A stretch of 64,000 bases of DNA from a virus, in the IMG/VR virus record IMGVR_UViG_3300027816_000081, positions 1 to 64,000 of that record. One strand, written 5' to 3'. Below are positions 10,087 through 18,728 of the stretch, in pieces (position 1 is the first letter of the stretch; the number at the start of each line of letters is the position of its first letter). The notes under the pieces are model-generated. The model was not told the origin of the DNA. It ran no database searches and saw only the letters and a program-made list of their open reading frames with translations. The translations under genes were made by a program, and so were the position numbers.

Positions 10087-10395
10087 TTAGTTCTTATCTG
10101 TTTTAGATGGTTTAGCCTGATTAATCATATGCTCAGCTTCAATTCTTTCTCTCTCAATAGTCTTACCGCGCAAATGCAATACAGTATCCACTTTTTGATT
10201 CATTCTAATCAAATCATTATCAAGCATACGAATACGATCAATGAGTGCTACTAACGTAGTGTTTGCTTCGCTTAATACTGGTTTTACCTCAGTAGTTGCC
10301 CACTTCCAAACATAGTATACGAAATATCCCATGCCGAATGCAGCAACAATAGGGAAACCATACTCACCGATTAGTTTAGCTATATTTGGTCCCAT
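10087..10395 (-). CDS. Small membrane protein (YvrJ-like GFPI motif), paralogue 2
   Basis: EYGFPIVAAFGMGYFVYYVW plus coiled coil. Confidence 0.6.
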   Translation of the reverse strand: MGPNIAKLIGEYGFPIVAAFGMGYFVYYVWKWATTEVKPVLSEANTTLVALIDRIRMLDNDLIRMNQKVDTVLHLRGKTIERERIEAEHMINQAKPSKTDKN

Positions 10396-10676
10396 TAGTC
10401 TCTCCTTGCATCATTTTTACCGTCTGCACGAGCAACACGGTTAATATCTGGCTTAAGGCCCAAAGCATTTGACACGACGGTATCAATACGTATAACGTCA
10501 TGATTCATTGTTTTAACACGATTGTCTAATGCCGTGATTATGTCCTTCATGCCCGCAACAGAACCTGTTACGCCTGCAAGAATGAACTTCAATGTAAGAA
10601 ATACGAAATAGCCGGCAGCGACTGCTGCTGCGATTGGAAAGCCCACATCGGCAACTAGTTTAAAAAATTCCCCCAC
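10395..10676 (-). CDS. Small membrane protein (YvrJ-like GFPI motif), paralogue 1
   Basis: DVGFPIAAAVAAGYFVF plus coiled coil; GTG start with SD AAGGAG. Confidence 0.6.
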   Translation of the reverse strand: MGEFFKLVADVGFPIAAAVAAGYFVFLTLKFILAGVTGSVAGMKDIITALDNRVKTMNHDVIRIDTVVSNALGLKPDINRVARADGKNDARRD

Positions 10677-10767
10677 AATAGCTCCTTATTATTATTATAA
10701 TAATATTTAGCCATGTGGGGGTATTTTAAAACTACTAGTTTATTAAAACTACGTACTTTTTACGTTA

Positions 10768-11076
10768 TTAGTAGATACTCTTTGGTGCTCTAGGCTTGTT
10801 ATAGTTCTTGACTGCATCAATGAATGCTTCCTTGCTCTGAACAGCACGGTCTTGCATTTCTTCACGATCCATTGGCTTAAGAGTTTCATAACGATTCAAG
10901 AATGCAATCATAGCATTTACTGGAAGAGCTTCCTTACTACCGTCACGGAAGATGATAGGGCGATTGCCGCCAGTGTCCATGCTCTTGCGAATCTGCATGA
11001 CAATGTTGGGGACCTTGTCGGTATCCGGATCTTCAATGTTGTCAAACGATTCGGTAAGAATTTCATTAATCTTCAT
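10768..11076 (-). CDS. Putative virion-internal protein
   Basis: N-terminus MKINEILTE; late promoter upstream. Confidence 0.55.
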   Translation of the reverse strand: MKINEILTESFDNIEDPDTDKVPNIVMQIRKSMDTGGNRPIIFRDGSKEALPVNAMIAFLNRYETLKPMDREEMQDRAVQSKEAFIDAVKNYNKPRAPKSIY

Positions 11077-11138
11077 AATCTATCACCTCTGTAGTATTTA
11101 TCAGTGAATCACTGTTTTATCATATTGACGGGCCAATG

Positions 11139-13769
11139 TCAACCGTTATATAGCCTTGCTTCTAATTCTCTTGAAGGGTCTATGCGGTGCGCCTGTCTAG
11201 CTCGTTCAATAGCATGTTCTGGACTAGTTGCACGAATGACTACACCCCCGGTGTCGCCTACATCTGTAACTTGATAAAGCTCACCTTCGCCGGGTTGTCC
11301 TGCTGTCAATCCATTATTAGATTGATTTGATCTTCCGCCTACTTCGGTTGCTGTCAAGTCTAGTATTGACCATTCAGGGCGGGCTCTAGTAGCAGCGTGG
11401 TATGCTTCTTCCTGATTAGGGGCTTCAACTCTAATCGTGCCGCCAAATCTGTTGTTGCTAACATAAAATTCTCTTGGAGTTGCAGTCAATTCATTACTGG
11501 AGGATGACTGATTATTTCTGCGCTCTAGTTCACTCTGTTGCGATCTTAGATACATATTGACCACATTAGGATCAGCATCCTGCAATACAACATCTAGACT
11601 GCCAACGGTATCACCCATGCTAGGGTACAATGTCAATGCGATTCTTCCAGCTTCACCCACTGTTCTAGCACTAATGTATTGACTTTCGCCGTTACCTCTT
11701 ACACGATATAAGTTGTATTGCGGTTCTTCTTGAGACTGAGGAGTTGCCGAGAGAACTCTAATCTGATGTTGATATGAGTCCCAACTTGGATTGTTACGCA
11801 ATGCGCGGCTTAATGCAGTTGCGCTATCTCTTGCCGCTAAATCAACTCTTTGATTTAATGTATTGTTAATTACGACGAACTCTGATTCGCCGGGTGCCAT
11901 TCTAAGTGGTTGTTGCGGAGTCTCGCTTGCTAACTTAGCAGTCAATCCTTGCTTTGGCAATCCACTCTCATAACTAAGTGTAATATCAATTGCTTGTAAA
12001 GGTGTTATTGCCATATAGTTACCAACGACATTACCATCCTTGTCAAACACGTTATATTCTTTTTTACCGGTAAATTCAGTTGCGATGATATTTTCAATGT
12101 CATCAGGCTTGAACCAACTCGGCTCTAATTTCATTGCAGCTTCCATTGCCTTATTAGCATCATCAACCTGTTCAGTCTTTTTGAGGAACATTCTGCGATT
12201 GTCGCCGGTTGGATTGTCATATTCAATGATCCAGTCACCGTCTCTTGCATCATAGAATTCAAGTTCAACTACTCCTTCTTTGGATAGTTTCTCTTGTTTT
12301 CTTTGTGATTGTGTAGCCTTAAGCTTGTTCTTCAATTCTTCTCTAGTGATAGTACCTGCTGCATACTGAACGAACACATCTTCCAGTGAACCCTTAGTAG
12401 GAGCAAACATCTTAGTAAGCTTCTTTAAGTATTCCTTACGATACTTGTCAGGATCAACAGCAGCGTCAAGTGCTACTACGCAGCGGTATAATGTATCTTC
12501 AATCTTGTCAAAGTTTTGATCAAGCCAGTCACCACCGGGACCTCTGAACTCAACACGATTATCTTTAGGATTGATACTAGTGAACTTACCTACTCTACCT
12601 GAGTGAATAACTTTACTTGCAATAGTTTCAAGATTATTTTTTAATTTCTTAAATAGTAGTTCTTTGTCTTGTACGCTGGGTGCTTCTTCAATAACATCTA
12701 AAGCACTCTTACAATAACTATTTGCACTGCGGCCAAATCTATCTAGTAGATACTTGTCACCTAACAACAATGTTAGCTTAACGAAGTCTAAATTTTCTTG
12801 ATTAAATCCAGGAACACTGACATTCATGTGAAGACCAGTAGTTCTATTAGTATATGCGCCCTTGTCATCGGCCCACTCTTTAATCTTCTTAACATCTGCT
12901 AACGCTTCATCAATTGGCAATGGGGGACTAATGAACTCAAGTCCAGCATCATCACCTGAACCGCTTAAACTGCTGTCGGGTTCAATCGTATACGCATCAC
13001 TCGTTCTTGGTCCACCGTGATAACCAGTACTGTAGTGAACTTTGCGACCGATTGCATCTGAGAATTCATCTGCTAGATTCTCAAGGTTCATTTCTCCATC
13101 GCCACTTGGATAGGTATAATGTGGCCATGCAACATATTCTCTGACACGATCATTAACATCGGACATATAACGAATGCCGATTTCTCTTAAGAATTCTCTT
13201 TCGTCAAAGTCGCCTTCATCTTGTCTTTCTTCGCGGAAATCATCGTATGCCCTTTGATAACTATCGCTGTCAAATCCTTCTTCCCATTCATCTTCAATGA
13301 ACTGTGCCCAGTCTGATCCGTCAGGGTTTCTATTACCAAATAAATCTTCTTCTTTGTCTACGTGATCGGCAATCGTATCAGGATCTACGTTGTCTTTTAC
13401 CCATTTTGCAAAGTATTCTCTACCGTCATTATTCCACTGCTCATCAATTTGTTCGCTTTGCCACTCATAGAACTTTTCTTTTAGTTCTTCTTCTAAGTCT
13501 CTAATTGTGCTGCGATCATTGTAGTCACCGTCATTAAAGAAGCGAACGATATCATCAATATCGTAGGCTTCTTCATCATAATCCATATCCTCTTCCGGTT
13601 CCATATCGTCATCATCTACAACACCAACGTCAGGAACAAGCATTTCAAATTCAATACCCACTAATGCATCAATGCCACTAGCAAGCTTCTTCAAGTTGCC
13701 TGGGCTCATATTTACTTCAAAAAGCTCTTGCTGAGCTTCTACAATAGGTACGAATTGCTTTGCTCTCAT
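11139..13769 (-). CDS. Putative amidoligase (COOH-NH2 ligase) with acidic insert and C-terminal repeats
   Basis: VGIEFEM, IEPDSSL, GLEFISPPL, TNRTTGLHMNVS, KFTSIN, VEFRGPGG; N-terminus MRAKQFVPIVE. Confidence 0.8.
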   Translation of the reverse strand: MRAKQFVPIVEAQQELFEVNMSPGNLKKLASGIDALVGIEFEMLVPDVGVVDDDDMEPEEDMDYDEEAYDIDDIVRFFNDGDYNDRSTIRDLEEELKEKFYEWQSEQIDEQWNNDGREYFAKWVKDNVDPDTIADHVDKEEDLFGNRNPDGSDWAQFIEDEWEEGFDSDSYQRAYDDFREERQDEGDFDEREFLREIGIRYMSDVNDRVREYVAWPHYTYPSGDGEMNLENLADEFSDAIGRKVHYSTGYHGGPRTSDAYTIEPDSSLSGSGDDAGLEFISPPLPIDEALADVKKIKEWADDKGAYTNRTTGLHMNVSVPGFNQENLDFVKLTLLLGDKYLLDRFGRSANSYCKSALDVIEEAPSVQDKELLFKKLKNNLETIASKVIHSGRVGKFTSINPKDNRVEFRGPGGDWLDQNFDKIEDTLYRCVVALDAAVDPDKYRKEYLKKLTKMFAPTKGSLEDVFVQYAAGTITREELKNKLKATQSQRKQEKLSKEGVVELEFYDARDGDWIIEYDNPTGDNRRMFLKKTEQVDDANKAMEAAMKLEPSWFKPDDIENIIATEFTGKKEYNVFDKDGNVVGNYMAITPLQAIDITLSYESGLPKQGLTAKLASETPQQPLRMAPGESEFVVINNTLNQRVDLAARDSATALSRALRNNPSWDSYQHQIRVLSATPQSQEEPQYNLYRVRGNGESQYISARTVGEAGRIALTLYPSMGDTVGSLDVVLQDADPNVVNMYLRSQQSELERRNNQSSSSNELTATPREFYVSNNRFGGTIRVEAPNQEEAYHAATRARPEWSILDLTATEVGGRSNQSNNGLTAGQPGEGELYQVTDVGDTGGVVIRATSPEHAIERARQAHRIDPSRELEARLYNG

Positions 13770-15193
13770 TTTCTGCCAATCTTCATATATCTTGTGTATT
13801 CAGTTTCTGGATCGTTTAATTTCTTTTCACCAGTATAATATACTTTAGACAAATTAAACAACTCATCAAATTCTGTTAAGCTATCAGTATTTATTGCTAC
13901 GTCAGAAACATTGTTCCTTGCTTGCAATAAACATAGCATATTATCGGGAACCTTAGTTAAAAACACTGGACCTGTTTCGTTGCAGCTAGTGTTAATAACT
14001 ACTCCAGGCTTTTCATAAACTACATCTTCTGCTTTTTGATGAAGTAATACCAACTTGCCTTCGTCATTTAATGTATCTAATAGCTTTTTACTGCGAATTA
14101 ACCATTCTTCATTTGGTTCAACAAGCACAAGCTTGTCAAACTTAACTCCGGCTTGCTGTATGAAGATACCCATATTGCCATACCAGCTACCTAGCACATA
14201 GATAGTGCCAGCGTTCTTGCCTTTAAGACCCTTAGCTAACATATCACATAACCAAGTCTTACTCTCAACTAAGTCTGGAGTAAAGCTGCCCTCAAGTGTA
14301 CTTGGACTTGCTTCTTCAACTTGTTCTTCTTTTAATAAGACTTCTTCAACATCAACGATTTTAGCTTGACTAGGATCAGTAATGACGTAGCTTAGATGAC
14401 CCTTGTCTTCGTATCTATTCTTGTATACGAAACCATCAATGCCTAAATCTCTCAGTTTGTCAAGTAATCGCTTTCTTAATTCTTGAGGATCTTGTTCAGT
14501 AGTAATGAATTCCATTTCTTCTTGACTGATGAGTTTCTTGTCTCTCAACTCAAACGCATAGAGTCTGTCATAGTGTACACCAGGAAAATCTTTGATCGTC
14601 AATGGATTCTTGATATCAATTTGTACTTTATAGATTTTACCGTTCTTGACTTTCTTATAATCCATTCTATCTCGTGCAGCAGTTTCAGAGCCAAAGTGAC
14701 TGAAGGGACGAAACGCCGAGATATCGTCTGTTGTACCGTGATAAGCAACTGTGTTAATTGACTTGTCTTCGGTTAAGTTATCTTCTTCTTTAAAGATAGC
14801 GTAGTAAATCGGATATTCTTCGTCGCCTGCCAATCCCGACTCAATTGGCATTTTACCATCTTCACGATTGATAAAGTCTCTTAGTACTTCATCATAAATG
14901 TCTTCGTACTTTGATAGATACCTAGGATGATCAGCAGGCAAATAACAGCGATCATTTGCATCCTGCTGGCAATAGTCACTGAATCCCTCAAAGTGAACAG
15001 TGTAAGGGCCAAACTTTTCTACACCTACATCATCTGGTCCTAGATTGAATATGAATTCTTCAATCTGAGTGATATAATCTTTACCATCTGAATGCTTAAT
15101 ATTTTCAACCACAACAACTTCTTCCTGTAGCTCAGGCTCTTGTTCTAATAGTTGTAGTGATTTGATTAACATCTGCATTTCATCCGGGGACAT
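13766..15193 (-). CDS. Multidomain protein: ADP-ribosyltransferase-like domain plus SAM-dependent methyltransferase-like domain
   Basis: AYHGT..SHFGS..KIYKVQIDIKNPL..GIDGFVY..YVITDPSQ (ART-like, ~14340-14770); IYVLGSWYG, LVLVE, VINTSCNE (MTase-like). Confidence 0.65.
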   Translation of the reverse strand: MSPDEMQMLIKSLQLLEQEPELQEEVVVVENIKHSDGKDYITQIEEFIFNLGPDDVGVEKFGPYTVHFEGFSDYCQQDANDRCYLPADHPRYLSKYEDIYDEVLRDFINREDGKMPIESGLAGDEEYPIYYAIFKEEDNLTEDKSINTVAYHGTTDDISAFRPFSHFGSETAARDRMDYKKVKNGKIYKVQIDIKNPLTIKDFPGVHYDRLYAFELRDKKLISQEEMEFITTEQDPQELRKRLLDKLRDLGIDGFVYKNRYEDKGHLSYVITDPSQAKIVDVEEVLLKEEQVEEASPSTLEGSFTPDLVESKTWLCDMLAKGLKGKNAGTIYVLGSWYGNMGIFIQQAGVKFDKLVLVEPNEEWLIRSKKLLDTLNDEGKLVLLHQKAEDVVYEKPGVVINTSCNETGPVFLTKVPDNMLCLLQARNNVSDVAINTDSLTEFDELFNLSKVYYTGEKKLNDPETEYTRYMKIGRK

Positions 15194-15642
15194 TACGCCC
15201 TCGCGGTTTTGAGAATACTTCTTAGCATCCAGGCGTGCTTAGCATGTGCATCAATGCGTTCTGCAATAAAGTTTGCAATACCCTGCTCATCGCTGTCATT
15301 CGCTACATGGAAGGCTTGCTTATACATATCAAGAATGATAGCGTTGTCCTGATGTAGTTCTTGCATCATCAACTCAGCACGAGGGATTTTTACTTGATCT
15401 GCGATCTGACTTAATTCAGCATAGCGAAGGATACTACCGGGAGTATAGCTATCAAGTTGACGAATGATTTCTGCCAACTTGTCAATAGTGTTGCCGTATA
15501 CTTCTTCGTAATAATTACCAAAGAATTCGTGATACTGGGGGAAATTAGGTCCTTCCACATTCCAGTGGAAGTTTTGTGCCTTGATTGACAAAGCATATGC
15601 AGTGGCTAAAAGGGTTTTAAGTGTATCAGTGAGCATGTTCAT
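15193..15642 (-). CDS. dps: Dps/ferritin-like protein
   Basis: FHWNVEGPNFPQYHEFF..YEE....DKLAE, HAWML. Confidence 0.93.
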   Translation of the reverse strand: MNMLTDTLKTLLATAYALSIKAQNFHWNVEGPNFPQYHEFFGNYYEEVYGNTIDKLAEIIRQLDSYTPGSILRYAELSQIADQVKIPRAELMMQELHQDNAIILDMYKQAFHVANDSDEQGIANFIAERIDAHAKHAWMLRSILKTARA

Positions 15643-15657
15643 AGTCCTATAGACTAT

Positions 15658-15873
15658 TTATTGTTTTGATTCAAGAACTGCAACTCTTTTGTCAATGTCA
15701 TGAATATCGTCTTCAATATCATCCTTGAGTTGGTCTCTTGCAATTTGAGCATTGTCTTGCATAATTTGTACTTGCTCTTGTAGATTTATAACTGCCATTA
15801 CTAAATATCCTACACCAGTCAATAGTATAGGGAATAGTGCCATCAATATATCTTTAATCCAACTATCTTTCAT
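15658..15873 (-). CDS. Small membrane protein with coiled coil
   Basis: One N-terminal TM, C-terminal DKRVAVLE. Confidence 0.55.
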   Translation of the reverse strand: MKDSWIKDILMALFPILLTGVGYLVMAVINLQEQVQIMQDNAQIARDQLKDDIEDDIHDIDKRVAVLESKQ

Positions 15874-16003
15874 TTAAAATGTCACTCGCTTTCGTCTTCC
15901 AAATATTTGGAAATAATCCATGCACCATTAATATAAATGCAACTTTGTACGCCCTAAACAGGTGTTGAAAGTATGTCATCCTAACATCTCTGAGATGGCT
16001 CAT
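15863..16003 (-). CDS. 46-aa hypothetical protein (DUF6356-like)
   Basis: Below ORF-track cutoff; MSHLRDVRMTYFQHLFRAYKVAFILMVHGLFPNIWKTKASDILNER, overlapping both neighbours. Confidence 0.55.
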   Translation of the reverse strand: MSHLRDVRMTYFQHLFRAYKVAFILMVHGLFPNIWKTKASDILNER

Positions 16004-16533
16004 ATTTCTTCCTCACTAACATCTATGTAGTTAATTGGTTTGTTTGATAATACTGCTGCTACCGCTCTGTGATTCCCGTCAACAATTCTATCTTGATTTA
16101 GTATAATTACTTGTTGTGACAGATTAGGATCATTTTTGTAGTGATCAATAACTTCTATTTGTTCTGGCTGCATCATGTCATATAAGTCTTCAATATGTTC
16201 TACGCCATATTGATTGATTAATATGTTGTCAAGAATCATAGGTTGTATAGTTTGCACTTCAAAAGGAACATCAAAGTCACTATCGCCTACATAATTCCAA
16301 ATAAGCTCATCGTCATCTGGATATTCACCATCATAGATATCAGCAAGCGTTATAGTATTTGTTTTATTTTCATTAGTCATCGCGGTGATACGACGAGGTC
16401 CTTTACGTTTGAACATATTATATTCTTGTTCGTAGGTAGTAGGACCGCCTACCATTGAGCCGCCATTGTTGCCGGCACAACCTCCACCTAAGCCCGTGCT
16501 TACTGATTCAGGTAGAAACTCACTTGCTCTCAC
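16000..16533 (-). CDS. Putative internal protein with ParB/Srx-like domain
   Basis: N-terminus MRASEFLPE; IILNQDRIVDGNHRAVAA. Confidence 0.65.
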   Translation of the reverse strand: MRASEFLPESVSTGLGGGCAGNNGGSMVGGPTTYEQEYNMFKRKGPRRITAMTNENKTNTITLADIYDGEYPDDDELIWNYVGDSDFDVPFEVQTIQPMILDNILINQYGVEHIEDLYDMMQPEQIEVIDHYKNDPNLSQQVIILNQDRIVDGNHRAVAAVLSNKPINYIDVSEEEI

Positions 16534-18298
16534 GCTTAAGGCCTCTCATGATGGCTGATTCCTTCGGTACGCAGTTAGGCACCATCTTGTCGCCCTTCTT
16601 TTTCATACCAACTTGCTTGTGTGTATCCCAGCACTTTTCGTCAAGCTGTTCTTCATTAACATCAGCCTTCAGTCCGTGCTTTACAAAATAGTTAATGAAA
16701 TCCTGTCGCACCTTTTCCCACTCAGAGTAGGGCATCTTGTGTAAAACATGTCCTGCAACATGATCCATTGCGTCATATGCATATTCAAAGTGACGGACTG
16801 CATTACGCATTGCATCACGTGCCTCTGGATATTGGGCTAAAAATGCTTCTAGCTCATCACTACCTTCCTTTATTGTTCCGGCACTCTTTGGCTTGTACTT
16901 TCTCCAGCCACCTTCACCACTAGCACCAGTAGGATTATCAGTTGGAGTTTCGCTGATAGCACCTCTGTGTTTACGATCTTTTAGACCACCATATGGATTG
17001 ATTGCAGGAGTTACTTCTGCTGCGAACTCACCGGTGTAGTCTTCATTGAATTCATTTTCTTCATTATTCATAAGGCTATTTGCTGAATCCATCATAGTGA
17101 ACATGTTTTTTCCCATGTAACTATGATCTTCACTGACTGCCATTACAATATGAGGGTACCAATATGATTTTGCTCTACCTTCTTCTTCTGTGCCGCGCAC
17201 TAAGCGCATAGCAGTATCAGCAAGTTCCTTAATTTCATAAGCCAAATCTTCAAGCTGAGAACCAATTTCACGGGTATCTTCACCGGCAGCTTCACCGAAG
17301 TAAAGCTTTGACATTTCTTCTTCAGCAGCTACGATTGTGTTTAGTGTGTTGGCAAGTTGCTTAACATTATATGCTGAGTTTTTAAACTTACCTTCACTAA
17401 CATCTTTTGCTAATTCATTAGCTTCCATCTGTGCTTTCTTTTTGAGATTGCTAAGGCTGTATGAACCGGCGCCGCCAAGAACTGCAACTTGAGGATCGTC
17501 TTTGTCATGACCGATGATCACACCTTCACGCATTTCTCTCTTAAGCTCAAACTTTTTGTTAGGGAACTTAGCTTGTAGTCTTTCTAAGTCACCTTTTGCT
17601 TCATGGTCTTTTGCGTATTTGGTAGAGGGCTTGCCATCAATGTAGAGTACTAATACATTTTCAGATTCATCAACAATACCCTTCATGATATTGCTCTCAT
17701 TCTTCTTGCCACCGGTGCCCCAATTTTTAGCACCCTTCTTACGGCATTGAACTAATGCACCCGACGCATAAGCAGAAGGCCAAACTTTATAACGGCTTCT
17801 AACTTTATGATAGCAAGCATCCTTCTTTTCATTCATCATTGATTCATGATACATTGGACCACCGCATTCTGGGCATTTTTCTCTGTTCATATCTTCGTTC
17901 TTTCTTTTACCTGCGCAATGTGCTTTTTGGCTAAAGCCTTTTGGATTAGAGCAATTAATACTGTCTTTGTATTTTTGACTCCACTTTTCATTTACCTGAA
18001 TATCTTCGTTTGACTTCTTTTTAGTAGCTACGTTCTTAGCCTTTCCTCTGCGCTCTGGGTTTGGATCTTCTCTGCGCTTTTTACTAGCAGCATATTTGCG
18101 GCCTTTCTTACCTAATGCATGTGCTTTCTTTTGGGGGAGACATTTGGGCTTACCTTCACTGTCATCACCTCTTGCACAAGCGCCACGAATCTTGCCGTCG
18201 GGACCAAAACGAACCCACTTCTCTTTGAACCACTTGCGTAGATTTTCATCTAATTGTTCTACGCCTTCGTCGCCAATGCCATCAAATATAGAACTCAT
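16520..18298 (-). CDS. Modular putative internal polyprotein of short Cys/Lys-rich modules
   Basis: Modules LRKWFKEKWV..KPKCLP, KWSQKYKDSINCSNPKGFSQKAHC, KKDACYHKV..WPSAYASGALVQCRK, CWDTHKQVGMKKKGDKMVPNCVP, each after a hydrophobic-x-E site. Confidence 0.6.
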   Translation of the reverse strand: MSSIFDGIGDEGVEQLDENLRKWFKEKWVRFGPDGKIRGACARGDDSEGKPKCLPQKKAHALGKKGRKYAASKKRREDPNPERRGKAKNVATKKKSNEDIQVNEKWSQKYKDSINCSNPKGFSQKAHCAGKRKNEDMNREKCPECGGPMYHESMMNEKKDACYHKVRSRYKVWPSAYASGALVQCRKKGAKNWGTGGKKNESNIMKGIVDESENVLVLYIDGKPSTKYAKDHEAKGDLERLQAKFPNKKFELKREMREGVIIGHDKDDPQVAVLGGAGSYSLSNLKKKAQMEANELAKDVSEGKFKNSAYNVKQLANTLNTIVAAEEEMSKLYFGEAAGEDTREIGSQLEDLAYEIKELADTAMRLVRGTEEEGRAKSYWYPHIVMAVSEDHSYMGKNMFTMMDSANSLMNNEENEFNEDYTGEFAAEVTPAINPYGGLKDRKHRGAISETPTDNPTGASGEGGWRKYKPKSAGTIKEGSDELEAFLAQYPEARDAMRNAVRHFEYAYDAMDHVAGHVLHKMPYSEWEKVRQDFINYFVKHGLKADVNEEQLDEKCWDTHKQVGMKKKGDKMVPNCVPKESAIMRGLKRESK

Positions 18299-18727
18299 TT
18301 AGTCAGCCTTCTTATTCTTATCTTTTTCAGTGATTGGTCCGCCCGTTACCCAAGCTTTGCAACTACGACCGCCTGCACATTTGAAGTGTAAGAAGTTGCA
18401 ATAACCCAAATCACTTAAGTTAATAGTAGCATTAGGATCAATATTATCTTCATCGCCCCTGATACCACTTGCAATGCAATCACGCATACTATCGCTTACA
18501 TCAAATGCAGCACAGTTTCCGCACATCATTGACTTAGCCGTAGCTTCATCAACTTTAAATACTTTGCTCAAATCTTTCCAATATGAACCGGGCTTATTTG
18601 GATTGGCTGGGCCATACATGTATTCGTCAATTGCAGTTTGACGATTCTTAAGATTCAAGTCAATGTCGTGGGTAGCACGGGGGCAACCCTTCTCAACAGC
18701 TTCTAGCAAGTTGATGATATCACGCAT
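18299..18727 (-). CDS. Cys-rich putative metal/Fe-S protein
   Basis: N-terminus MRDIINLLE; CGNCAAF...GYCNFLHFKC..RSCKAW. Confidence 0.55.
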   Translation of the reverse strand: MRDIINLLEAVEKGCPRATHDIDLNLKNRQTAIDEYMYGPANPNKPGSYWKDLSKVFKVDEATAKSMMCGNCAAFDVSDSMRDCIASGIRGDEDNIDPNATINLSDLGYCNFLHFKCAGGRSCKAWVTGGPITEKDKNKKAD

Positions 18728-18728
18728 C

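Noticed and set aside
4471-10676. Bacterial contamination or chimeric join for the curli/cyclase block
   Set aside because: Same strand, similar AT-richness and phage-type promoter motifs as the flanks, with no visible junction; read mapping would be the definitive test
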